Origin: Cyanobacteria bacterium P01_A01_bin.123
GTDB lineage: Bacteria; Cyanobacteriota; Cyanobacteriia; Phormidesmidales; Phormidesmidaceae
Assembly: GCA_039815185.1 (NCBI GenBank)
Contig: JBCBZT010000012.1
Location: 64,001 to 128,000 of the forward strand
DNA: 64,000 nucleotides
Direction of reading: 5' to 3'
The notes under the pieces were generated by a model. It saw only the letters and a list, made by a program, of their open reading frames with translations. It searched no databases and was not told where the DNA came from. A program made the position numbers and the translations under genes. Each line of letters opens with the position of its first letter. The first letter of the stretch is position 1. Shown here in pieces: positions 51,846 to 60,646 of this stretch.

Positions 51846-53495
51846 CTACGCTAAACAAGCTGCCAAATCTTCCTCAGGAGTGGTAATGGCCTGCAGCCGA
51901 TAGGTCTCGGACAAGAGCTTAAATACGTTTGGCGAGATGAATGCAGGCAGTGTCGGTCCCAAACGGATATCCTTAATGCCCAGGTGTAGTAGGGTTAGCA
52001 ATATAGCCACGGCTTTCTGTTCATACCAAGACAGAACCATGGAAAGGGGCAACTCATTGACATCCATTTCAAAGGCATTCGCTAGGGCGATCGCAATTTG
52101 AATGGCTGAGTAGGCATCGTTGCATTGCCCCACGTCCATCAGACGAGGCAACCCGGCAATTTCGCCTAAGTCGCGATCGAAGAAACGGAACTTGCCACAG
52201 GCCAAGGTCAGCACCACACAGTCATCAGGGACTTTTTCAACAAATTCGGTGTAGTAGGTGCGTCCAGGCTTGGCTCCGTCACAGCCACCTACTAAGAAGA
52301 TGTGGCGCAGCTTGCCCTGCTTAACGGCATCGATAACCGTATCGGCAACACTCAACACCGCGTTGCGGGCGAAGCCAACCGTCACCGATTTTGGCGGAGC
52401 GGCTTCAGTAAAGCCAGGAAGCGATAAAGCCTTCTCAATCACTGGTGTATAGTCAGGAATGCCGCCTTCCTCAGCAGGCAAATTGGTGAGATGGGGATAG
52501 CCGACAGGGCCAATGCTAAAGAGTTTGTTGTTGTAGTGCTCGTGGGGCGGCATCAGGCAATTGGTGGTTATTGCGATCGCGCCAGGAAACTTGGCAAAAT
52601 CCTTGGTTTGGTTCTGCCAGGCAGTGCCGTAGTGGCCGTATAGATGAGGATAAGACTGCTTGAGCTGCGGATAGCCATGGGCTGGGAGCAGTTCCCCGTG
52701 GGTGTACACCGTGATGTTGGTTCCCACTGTCTGTTTCAGAATCGCTTCTAACTGCCGAATGTCGTGGCCCGATACCAGAATGGCCTTGCCCGGCCTGGGG
52801 TTGAGCGGCACTTTAGTCGGAGTGGGGTGGCCGTAGGTAGTGGTATGTCCGGCATCCAAAAGCTCCATCGATCGCAGGTTCACTGCTCCGACTTCGAGCG
52901 CCAACTTGACCCAGTTATCCAGGCTGAGGCTTTGATTGTTGAGCGCATCTAGAGCGCGGTAGACGAAGCGATACACCTGCTCGTCTTCTTGGCCAATTTC
53001 ATAGGCATGGAAAGCGTAAGAAGCTGCCCCTTTAATGCCATACAGCACCGTCAGCTTGAGCGAAAAAATATCGACAGCATCTTTACCCACTTGGCTGATA
53101 AATTTCAGCGCGACTTCTTGTCCCTGTTCGACCAGGCTTTCGGCGACATCAGGCTCAAAGTCGGCAATCGCTGGCCAAGTGACGGATTCTTGCGTGGCTT
53201 GAAGCTGGGTCTTAAGCGCTTCACGGTGAGCCAGTGCGGTTCTGACATAGCACCTAAATCGGCTGGTATCGAAGTTCACGTTGGTCATCGTGGCAAAGAT
53301 GGCCTCACAGGTGAAGACATCCACCGCATGGGTGTCAATGCTCTGCTCTTTAGCCTGCAGTGCAACGGGAGCTAGGCTTCTGAGACAGTGAATCAATAAA
53401 TCCTGCACGGCATTCACCTCAGGACTTTTGCCACAGGCTCCAAATTGGTGGCAGCCATCGCCGCTGGCGGTCTGTTCACATTGTTCGCAAAACAT
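51846..53495 (-). CDS. hcp: Hybrid cluster protein (hydroxylamine/NO reductase)
   Basis: MFCEQCEQT...C...G.CGK, YTHGELLPAH, GGCDG, GQCNDAY, SWYEQKA. Confidence 0.96.
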   Translation of the reverse strand: MFCEQCEQTASGDGCHQFGACGKSPEVNAVQDLLIHCLRSLAPVALQAKEQSIDTHAVDVFTCEAIFATMTNVNFDTSRFRCYVRTALAHREALKTQLQATQESVTWPAIADFEPDVAESLVEQGQEVALKFISQVGKDAVDIFSLKLTVLYGIKGAASYAFHAYEIGQEDEQVYRFVYRALDALNNQSLSLDNWVKLALEVGAVNLRSMELLDAGHTTTYGHPTPTKVPLNPRPGKAILVSGHDIRQLEAILKQTVGTNITVYTHGELLPAHGYPQLKQSYPHLYGHYGTAWQNQTKDFAKFPGAIAITTNCLMPPHEHYNNKLFSIGPVGYPHLTNLPAEEGGIPDYTPVIEKALSLPGFTEAAPPKSVTVGFARNAVLSVADTVIDAVKQGKLRHIFLVGGCDGAKPGRTYYTEFVEKVPDDCVVLTLACGKFRFFDRDLGEIAGLPRLMDVGQCNDAYSAIQIAIALANAFEMDVNELPLSMVLSWYEQKAVAILLTLLHLGIKDIRLGPTLPAFISPNVFKLLSETYRLQAITTPEEDLAACLA

Positions 53496-53554
53496 GGGTC
53501 AGGTCTCCTCTGGCTTTCTGGTATTACTTTACGTAAGGGGGCGGAATGAATACC

Positions 53555-53568
53555 TTGACTTAAGTCAA
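53555..53568. promoter_or_regulatory. Fnr/Dnr/HcpR-type operator
   Basis: Perfect palindrome TTGAC-TTAA-GTCAA between divergent hcp and the Crp/Fnr gene. Confidence 0.75.
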
Positions 53569-53684
53569 AGACTTGACCCAGTTAGAATCAATTAGGGTAT
53601 CCACGCAGAAATTATGGAGTAACAATCCCCGCTACTTCTGATGTCATTCGTTTGCCATTGGCACAAGTTATCTGAGCACGGCCC

Positions 53685-54377
53685 ATGTTAGAACCTACCC
53701 ATCCCTTCTCAAAGCTGCTCGACTTTCTGGGTAACACCCAAATCTTTCAAGGACTGCCGCAAGAACAATTAGCTGCACTAGTCCAACTTGTTCATGTCCA
53801 GTCCTATGGCAAAGGAGAATTTGTTTTCCATCAGGGGGAAGAGGGCCGTGGCTTCTTTATCGTACAATCAGGTCGCATCAAGGTTTTTCAGCTTTCTGCC
53901 AGTGGACGCGAGCAAATTTTGCATGTTTTCGGGGCAGGAGATCACTTTGCCGAAGTTCCTGCCTTTGACGGTCAGTGTTTTCCGGCCTCCGCCGCTGCTT
54001 TGGAAAAGTCTGAAGTCCTGTTCTTCCCTCGTCAGCTCTTTCTAGAACTTCTAGAACGGAACCCGACTCTAGCAATCAACATGCTGAAAAGCTTTGCCCG
54101 TCATCTGCGACGTTTTCCTAACTTGGTAGACAACCTTTCCTTACGAGAAGTGCCAGGGCGCTTAGCTTCCTACCTACTGACGCTATGCGACCCGGCAGAC
54201 GACATCAGCCAAATAGAATTGACGCTCAACAAAGGGCAATTGGCAGCAATGTTGGGTACTATCCCTGAGACCCTTTCTCGGGTTTTTCATAAATTCAGCC
54301 GTGCTGGGATTATCACGCTAGAGGGTTCCAAAATCACAGTGCTGGATCGCGATCGCTTGCGCCAGATGGCTCAATAG
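53685..54377 (+). CDS. Crp/Fnr family regulator (HcpR/Dnr-like)
   Basis: cNMP domain (GRIKVF...GREQIL, FAEVP) and HTH (LAAMLGTIPETLSR); divergent from hcp. Confidence 0.9.
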   Translation: MLEPTHPFSKLLDFLGNTQIFQGLPQEQLAALVQLVHVQSYGKGEFVFHQGEEGRGFFIVQSGRIKVFQLSASGREQILHVFGAGDHFAEVPAFDGQCFPASAAALEKSEVLFFPRQLFLELLERNPTLAINMLKSFARHLRRFPNLVDNLSLREVPGRLASYLLTLCDPADDISQIELTLNKGQLAAMLGTIPETLSRVFHKFSRAGIITLEGSKITVLDRDRLRQMAQ

Positions 54378-54495
54378 ACATCGCACGTGCCATACATGCC
54401 CCTGTTCTAAAACGGGTTCTGAAAGGGGCATGTATAGCAGTCGCCAGTTCCGTTAGGGCAAGATCGTTTCAAACCAGGTCTTAGCTTTAGGTCGC

Positions 54496-55254
54496 TCAAC
54501 CCAACCCTTTAGTCTGCAAAATGGCGATCGCTCCACCCATGTATTCAAACACGGCGGCGTCTGCCGCCCCTTGACTAGCCTTGGCTGGCCCTTCCTGCTG
54601 ATACATTGTGTTCAGCGATCGCGCAATGCCAGCATCGCCTCCCGTAAACATCTGAATCAGTTCCTGCCAGCGTTGAGCAATGCGCTGGACTCCCTCACTG
54701 GCCGGATCAACAGCGTTTTCCATAGCAGTGCGAGCTTGGGCAATCAGCTGTGTCCACTCAGCCTCAACTTGGTGGATAGCATCTTCGCCCAATTGTTCTC
54801 GACGCTGCTTCAAGGTTTCCAATTGGTCAGGGGTGTAGTAATTTTCAATCATGGTGATTGCCTCAATAGTTTGTAGCAAGTTTTCAATCGTCACCGATGC
54901 ATCTGGCGTACTGGCGATCGCTTCTAAGCGATTAAGCAACTGATGCGATCGCTCAATCTGTTCTTTCAAACGATTGATATGGAGCTGAGTGACATGCTTT
55001 AGAGAAAATTCTGGCTGTTCCAAGCAGTCTCGAATTTCTTCTAGGGAAAAGCCAAGCTGTCGCAATGACATGATTTGCTGCAACCTGACAATATCTTCAG
55101 GGCCATACAAACGATGTTCCGTATCCGTCCGCTGAGACGGCGAAAGTAATCCAATTTCGTCGTAATAGTGCAGCGTCCGAATTGAAATTCCCGCTTGTTT
55201 GGCAAGCTTGCCAACCTTCATGCCATTAATTTTCTGATCAGATTGCATCGTCAT
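54496..55254 (-). CDS. MerR family regulator with TipAS-like C-terminal domain
   Basis: VGKLAKQAGISIRTLHYYDEIGLLSP, RQLGFSLEEI, DPAS..VQ..A.RW. Confidence 0.9.
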   Translation of the reverse strand: MTMQSDQKINGMKVGKLAKQAGISIRTLHYYDEIGLLSPSQRTDTEHRLYGPEDIVRLQQIMSLRQLGFSLEEIRDCLEQPEFSLKHVTQLHINRLKEQIERSHQLLNRLEAIASTPDASVTIENLLQTIEAITMIENYYTPDQLETLKQRREQLGEDAIHQVEAEWTQLIAQARTAMENAVDPASEGVQRIAQRWQELIQMFTGGDAGIARSLNTMYQQEGPAKASQGAADAAVFEYMGGAIAILQTKGLG

Positions 55255-55282
55255 CAGCCTCTCCAGATGGGGTGATAATTCG

Positions 55283-55313
55283 ATGCTAGAACCTGACGTT
55301 ACGTGAGGATCAA
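55283..55313 (-). promoter_or_regulatory. MerR-type promoter with 19-bp spacer and dyad operator
   Basis: Minus strand: -35 TTGATC, 19 bp, -10 TAGCAT, with the dyad CCTCACGT-A-ACGTCAGG. Confidence 0.8.
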
Positions 55314-55393
55314 GGGCTAAACCACAAATTCAGAAATGACTGATTGGACGATGTGCGATCGCACCACTATGCAGCTATGGTGCGACTACCTGC

Positions 55394-56950
55394 GTGCTAT
55401 CTCCAGAAACAGCGGTTGCTTTTATGACTATCCATCGCAGAACAAGCTTGTCAATCCGCCGGACATACCAGCAGCTTCACAAAAGCTGGGCTCAGCTAAG
55501 GCAGACCCTCTTTCCCACCAAGCCAGCCGCCTACATCAAGTGGCAACAGGAGTTTTTGCACAAACGACTAGGCTTTGGGCTCTGGATCGGATTGATTTGT
55601 TTCTTGATTTCTGCTGGCCATGGACTATACATCTACTTATTTGAGATTGACCAGATTCGGGCCGATTTAGACGACTTCTACGGAGAACCCGGCCTCACCA
55701 ATCAATTTAGAGAAATTAGCGTGATTGGGTTCTTTGTCATCGTCGGGCTGATATTAATTTGTCTATTCATTCAGAGAACTCAATGGGGGAAACGTCATCC
55801 GGCACTTGTTTTTCTGATATTTGCCAGTGCTGTGAATGGGTTTGCCACCCAGATCATCTCCACATTTTACGGTATCCCGATTGCGCCGACCTCAACGGTT
55901 TTCCTTGTCTTTGCAGTGCTTGCACCGCTGCGTTGGCGGTTGCATTTACTGGCACAAATGTTGCCGATCACTTATTACACAATTGTTTTACCGATCGTTG
56001 GGTTTACCGAAATTGGCAATCGATCTGTTTTTGACACCGTCTATAGTGTCGGCACATTTATCGAACTCGGTTTAGTTTGCTTAATCTGCAATGCAGGGGT
56101 TTTTGTCTATGAAAAGCTGCGTCTCTCCGAGTTTGAGTCGCGCCGAGAGCTGCAGATATTTTTACACGCGATTTCCCATGACCTGCGTAACCCAGTGATG
56201 GGAACTTCAGTGGTAATTAAGAGCCTATTGGACAAATCAGTAAATGGGCAGGTCAAGATCAGCACGCCAATGCTCGAGCGACTTTTGCAAGGTAGCGATC
56301 GCCAACTGGCCCTGATCAACGCTTTGATCGAAGCCTATCACGCCGATGCTCAAGGTATGACACTCCACCGTCAGCCGCTGCAACTCAATACCCTTGTGCA
56401 GACTGTTCTAGCCGACGTTGAGCTCAAGCTGATGCAAAACAAAGTTGAGATTCACAATGCTATTGGTTCAGATCTGCCGTTGATTAATGCTGATCAAACC
56501 CATATGTGGCGAGTGTTGAACAATCTAATTGACAATGCGCTCAAGCACAATCCACCAGGGATTCAACTGACCTTAGCGGCAGAGGTTGGTAAAGATGTGT
56601 GGCGCTCCGCTTGGCAACCTAACGGATTATGTGCGCAGCCCAAAAGGCTACCAAAACCATTGCGTCAAAAGCCTTCAAGACTAAAGTCAGTGCCAATGCT
56701 CTACTGCTGTGTCCAAGACAATGGTATCGGGATTCCCCCTGATCAATGCCAGCAGCTTTTCGAGCTTTATAGCCGAGGTAAGCGGGCGCGCTATATGCCA
56801 GGCATCGGTTTAGGACTTTACCTCTGCAAACAAATTATTACCGCCCACGGTGGAGAAATTGGCGTTGTCAGTCAGCCAGGTAAGGGGTCAACGTTTTGGT
56901 TTACGTTGCCATTAGCCACACCAAGAGCACCATCACCCCCAGAGAGCTAG
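55394..56950 (+). CDS. Membrane sensor histidine kinase (HisKA)
   Basis: ISHDLRNP, NLIDNALKH, DNGIGI, GIGLGL, HGG.I.V.S..GKGSTF. Confidence 0.9.
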   Translation: MLSPETAVAFMTIHRRTSLSIRRTYQQLHKSWAQLRQTLFPTKPAAYIKWQQEFLHKRLGFGLWIGLICFLISAGHGLYIYLFEIDQIRADLDDFYGEPGLTNQFREISVIGFFVIVGLILICLFIQRTQWGKRHPALVFLIFASAVNGFATQIISTFYGIPIAPTSTVFLVFAVLAPLRWRLHLLAQMLPITYYTIVLPIVGFTEIGNRSVFDTVYSVGTFIELGLVCLICNAGVFVYEKLRLSEFESRRELQIFLHAISHDLRNPVMGTSVVIKSLLDKSVNGQVKISTPMLERLLQGSDRQLALINALIEAYHADAQGMTLHRQPLQLNTLVQTVLADVELKLMQNKVEIHNAIGSDLPLINADQTHMWRVLNNLIDNALKHNPPGIQLTLAAEVGKDVWRSAWQPNGLCAQPKRLPKPLRQKPSRLKSVPMLYCCVQDNGIGIPPDQCQQLFELYSRGKRARYMPGIGLGLYLCKQIITAHGGEIGVVSQPGKGSTFWFTLPLATPRAPSPPES

Positions 56951-57285
56951 ATCCTCATAGCTTCAAAGACGGGTGCGGGTAGGGATTCACATCACTACCC
57001 AGATATCTGCTGTGTGAAAGCTGTATCAAACAACGATTGATGCCAAAGCTAGCAAACTCCAGTAGGCATGTCCTAAGTTCAAGTTCATATCAGCGATCGC
57101 TGACATGAATCCCCAATCTACCTGACCAACCGGACACTTCTGATTGTCCAGTTGGTCAGCCCATGACAACCAGGCAGATGATGTAGCCGCTCTACCCCTA
57201 GCGTCATTGTTTAAGGGCGCAAGAGTTGAAATGTTTTGATCCTGCGCTTTGAGTCTCTGATAGAAAACCTGTAGGAAATCTGCTT

Positions 57286-58281
57286 ATGCCTGGGAAACTA
57301 TTCAAAAAAATTGGCTTAACAGCCCTCTTTGTAGGGCTTTCCACTGCTTTTGCCACTGCCAACGCAGCTCCAGATCCAGTCTTTGATTCAGTGATTGACG
57401 ACATTCGCAGTGAGTTACCTGAAGGTTGGCAATTTCGTTTACCTTCAGAGATGCCACTAGACAGCGAAATCTATCCTTTTGTGAGTGAAGCGAGCGACAC
57501 CAAGCTGGTCGTCAGTCTGGGCATCACGCCCGACTGTACTTCAGCAGACTGTACGATCGGGGTGATTGGTGCCGTGGATGCAGGCGCAAGCAGTTGGCCT
57601 CCTGAAGGCGAAAGCGTGACACCCGTTGATCTGGGCCAAGATGAGCTAGGCCAAGACTTAGAGGGCTATTACCTGCTGCAAGGGGAAGGTACTGCCACGA
57701 ATCAACTCGTCATGTGGCAGCAAGATGGGCTCCTGTATGGCATTGTGACCGTTGCAGATGCGCTACCCCAAGAGCAGCTTGTGGCAGTGGCCAGTTCAAT
57801 GGCGAGTGAACCCCCCATTGACGGTGACGCATCGATGACAGAGCCGCCTATTGACGGTGAGCCCCCTGTTACAGAACCGCCCATTGATGGTGAGCCCCCC
57901 GTCACAGAACCGCCGATTACAGAACCGCCGGTTGACAGCGTACCCCCTGTGACCGAACCGCCGATCACCGAACCCCCTGTTGACGGCGTCCCCCCTGTGA
58001 CCGAGCCACCCATTGATGGTGAACCCCCTGTCACAGAACCACCTATCGATGGTGAGCCGCCTGTGACCGAGCCACCCATTGATGGTGAGCCGCCTGTCAC
58101 TGAGCCCCCGATTACAGAGCCGCCCATTGATAGTGGTGTACCCCCTGTCACTGAGCCACCCATTGATGGTGAACCCCCTGTGACCGAGCCGCCCATTGAT
58201 AGCGAGCCGCCCGTGACGGAACCCCCGATTGACAGTGAACCGCCTGTAACCGAGCCCCCGATTGAAGATGAAGCACCCTAA
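57286..58281 (+). CDS. Secreted protein with Pro/acidic EPPIDGEPPVT repeat tail
   Basis: Signal peptide, globular domain, repeats from ~57808 to 58263. Confidence 0.8.
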   Translation: MPGKLFKKIGLTALFVGLSTAFATANAAPDPVFDSVIDDIRSELPEGWQFRLPSEMPLDSEIYPFVSEASDTKLVVSLGITPDCTSADCTIGVIGAVDAGASSWPPEGESVTPVDLGQDELGQDLEGYYLLQGEGTATNQLVMWQQDGLLYGIVTVADALPQEQLVAVASSMASEPPIDGDASMTEPPIDGEPPVTEPPIDGEPPVTEPPITEPPVDSVPPVTEPPITEPPVDGVPPVTEPPIDGEPPVTEPPIDGEPPVTEPPIDGEPPVTEPPITEPPIDSGVPPVTEPPIDGEPPVTEPPIDSEPPVTEPPIDSEPPVTEPPIEDEAP

Positions 58282-58313
58282 CGGATCCTCCCGTTAGCCC
58301 TTAAGCGCTTTCC

Positions 58314-58417
58314 ATAACGCTGGCCAGATTGCTTAAGACACCGAGTATCGCTGGGATGCTGAGTATACAAGCAATCTGGCTCGCCGTAGCGCCCAAAGCT
58401 TGGGGCGCTACGGCTAT
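58314..58417 (+). repeat. ~103-bp element, copy F
   Basis: Homologous to copy A, with compensatory changes in hairpin 2. Confidence 0.9.
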
Positions 58418-58513
58418 ACCATCCCGTCGCCTTTAGGAATTGCTTGGTTGTTATGGCATTCTCAACGCCCAGTAACATCCAGTCACTAGCGCCTAGCATG
58501 ACAGTCTCAGCAC

Positions 58514-59160
58514 CTATTCACCCACGTGCTTTTCTTCTGGAAAATAGCTTTTTAGATAATTGAAGGCGAGTCTCTGCGTTTCCTGCACGAGTCGTTGACG
58601 GAAATCAGGTGCTTGCCCCGAAGAAATCCAGAGTAAATTGCCCATTGCCTTGACGAGAACAAACGCGATCGCCTCGCAGTCTTCTGCACTTAAGACATCA
58701 TTCAGTTTAGAAAAAATCCTTACGAATGCCTGAACCAATTGATTATCCGTCGCTTCATTTATTTCAGGCATGCTGGTTGTGATTTCTACAAAAGTAGCGC
58801 GGTAGCCAGGATTTTCGCGAAAAAAGCCGTTGATTCCCTGGGTTAAGCGATTCACATACTCCGATAGGGGAAGTTGCATCATCGCTTCCGTCTCAAAAAC
58901 CTGCAACTGCTGGTTGAGTAAATCCGTATATTGCTCCGCCAAAGCCTGCAAAATCGCTGTCTTATCGGGAAAAACTGGTACAGCGTACCGATCGGTACCT
59001 CCGCTTCCGCTGCGATCTGTTTCGTGGTTGCAGCAGTATATCCCTGCTCAACAAATATTGCTGCCGCCATCTCCAAAATTCGATTAACCCGTTCTAAACT
59101 GCGGGCCTGCTTGGGCTTGCGCCATTTTCGCACGATCGTCTCTGAAGATTGTTCGGTCAT
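58514..59160 (-). pseudogene. TetR family regulator, frameshifted near 58967
   Basis: HTH (ATTKQIAAEAEVPIGTLYQFFP) shifts frame; adding one C restores FFPDKTAILQAL. Confidence 0.8.
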
Positions 59161-59175
59161 TTCGTCAATTCCTTC

Positions 59176-59227
59176 TTGACATAACATGAGCTTAACTCAT
59201 ATATTCAAAAACGTGAGCTTAACTCAT
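59176..59227. promoter_or_regulatory. Twin TetR-type operators overlapping a sigma70-like promoter
   Basis: (A/G)TGAGCTTAACTCAT at 59186-59200 and 59213-59227; TTGACA at 59176, TATATT at 59200. Confidence 0.7.
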
Positions 59228-59251
59228 ATCTTAATTTGAAGGAATATCGGA

Positions 59252-59620
59252 ATGCCACATTCTGGGCAGCTTCGCATCAATCTATTTGGTCATCTGCGAT
59301 TAACGTTTGAGAACCAGCCGATTGCTAGTTTGCGGACGGATCGGTATCAATCGCTGTTGGCCTATTTTGTCCTTCAGGCGCGATCGCCTCAACCCCGCTC
59401 TCAGCTGGCTGGCTTATTTTGGCCAGATATTCCTGAGGCCAAGACTAAAGCCAGCCTTAGACAAGAGCTATACCGGCTCAAAAAGATGCTGCCCCAGGCA
59501 GATCAATTTTTACAGGTAACCGCAAAGACCGTGCAGTGGTTACCACAGCTTCCCCCAAACTCGTCTCCCAGTCAGAGTGACACGTGCTCAAACGGGGCTA
59601 GCTCAGGGATGGGTATTTGA
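59252..59620 (+). pseudogene. Truncated SARP/AfsR-like (wHTH-BTAD) regulator N-terminus
   Basis: LRINLFG, SLLAYFVL, RSQLAGLFWPD, SLRQELYRLKK; ends before the BTAD domain. Confidence 0.7.
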
Positions 59621-59981
59621 TGAGGGTACCTCTCTACCTGTGCAGCTGCGAGTTCTAAACTTCTATGCCAACGGTGACATCACCTACGTAGCAAAAATCA
59701 ATGGTGTCGGGCTAAGAGAGGGAGATTTTGTTTCAAAAGGACAGCTCCTGGCTACGATTGACGACCGCAGACAAACCTCTAGCATCGAAACCGCAGAAGC
59801 TGATATTCAGGTGGCTATTAATCAGCGGGAGCAATCAGAAGCTTCGCTTTTACAGGCTCAAGCCAATTTAGATAAGACTGAATCTGATCTGGCCTTAGCA
59901 CAAACAGAACTCCAGCGTTATCAATCTCTGTTTGAACGAGGGGTAGTGGCAGAGAGCTATCGCGATGCTGGCGATAGCTAA
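59553..59981 (+). pseudogene. Internal fragment of an efflux periplasmic adaptor (MFP)
   Basis: LREGDFVSKGQLLATID, coiled coil, ELQRYQSLFERG; lacks the N-terminal anchor and the C-terminus. Confidence 0.75.
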
Positions 59982-60231
59982 TGTTACTTACAACCCTTTT
60001 GCAGTTGCTCTGGTAACAGAATTGGCTCCCAAACCTTCTCTTGGCATTTATCTATCTCTAAATGCTCAATGCTGGACAATTGGTTACTGACTTGGCCCGC
60101 TAGTAGGGGGGTGATCACTCGCTCAAAATGAAAAAATTGCTCATGGGCTTTGGGCTACTGTGTCTCTCAGTACGCTGGTTGGAGTGCTTATGCTAAGGCG
60201 ACTCACCAGGTTGCAAAGGACAACTGACTGA
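59956..60231 (+). pseudogene. C-terminal fragment of an MFS transporter with two premature stops
   Basis: AIAMLAIANVTYNPFAVALVTELAPKPSLGIYLSLNAQCWTIGY*LGPLVGG*... Confidence 0.7.
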
Positions 60232-60293
60232 TTACAATTCGGTTGCATCTAATCAAGCAAATTCCAACCACATATGTGTCGCTTGCTGAAGCG

Positions 60294-60379
60294 AGCTAAC
60301 GGTGCAGTTGTGCGGCGGCCAATACTTTTGCATTGATGCCTGAATTGTAAATTCCGTCCGCTCCTGCGTAGGGTTAGAC
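60294..60379 (-). mobile_element. Integron attC site
   Basis: Minus strand GTCTAAC-CCTACGCAGGAGCGGACGG...GGCCGCCGCACAACTGCACC-GTTAGCT; R''/R' boxes with imperfect inner inverted repeats. Confidence 0.75.
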
Positions 60380-60646
60380 GACAGGATCAAGCAGTTGTCC
60401 CATGTCTATCTCGGGGCCTATGTTAGCCTGAAATCGATTGCTTCAAGGAATTTATGAGAATGGTGCGGTCTTCAAAATTTAGTGGTGAGGCATTATGAAG
60501 TTACATCAGAGATCGCACCTTACAGCTAAGTTAGACACTTTGTCCTTTACATACGTTTCAACATAAAATTAGGTTCGCAAAAACCTATAATCCATGAGTC
60601 TTGTGCCTCAATCTGGTTTGTAAAGTGACTGGTTCTCACTCCTTTT

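Noticed and set aside
54433..54460. TATAGCAGTCGCCAG...GTTAGG as another copy of the 103-bp element
   Set aside because: Shares only the TATAGC start; probably a fragment of a different repeat family and too short to call.
57702..58196. Gly/Ser-rich repeat ORF on the minus strand
   Set aside because: Antisense shadow of the Pro-rich repeat gene.
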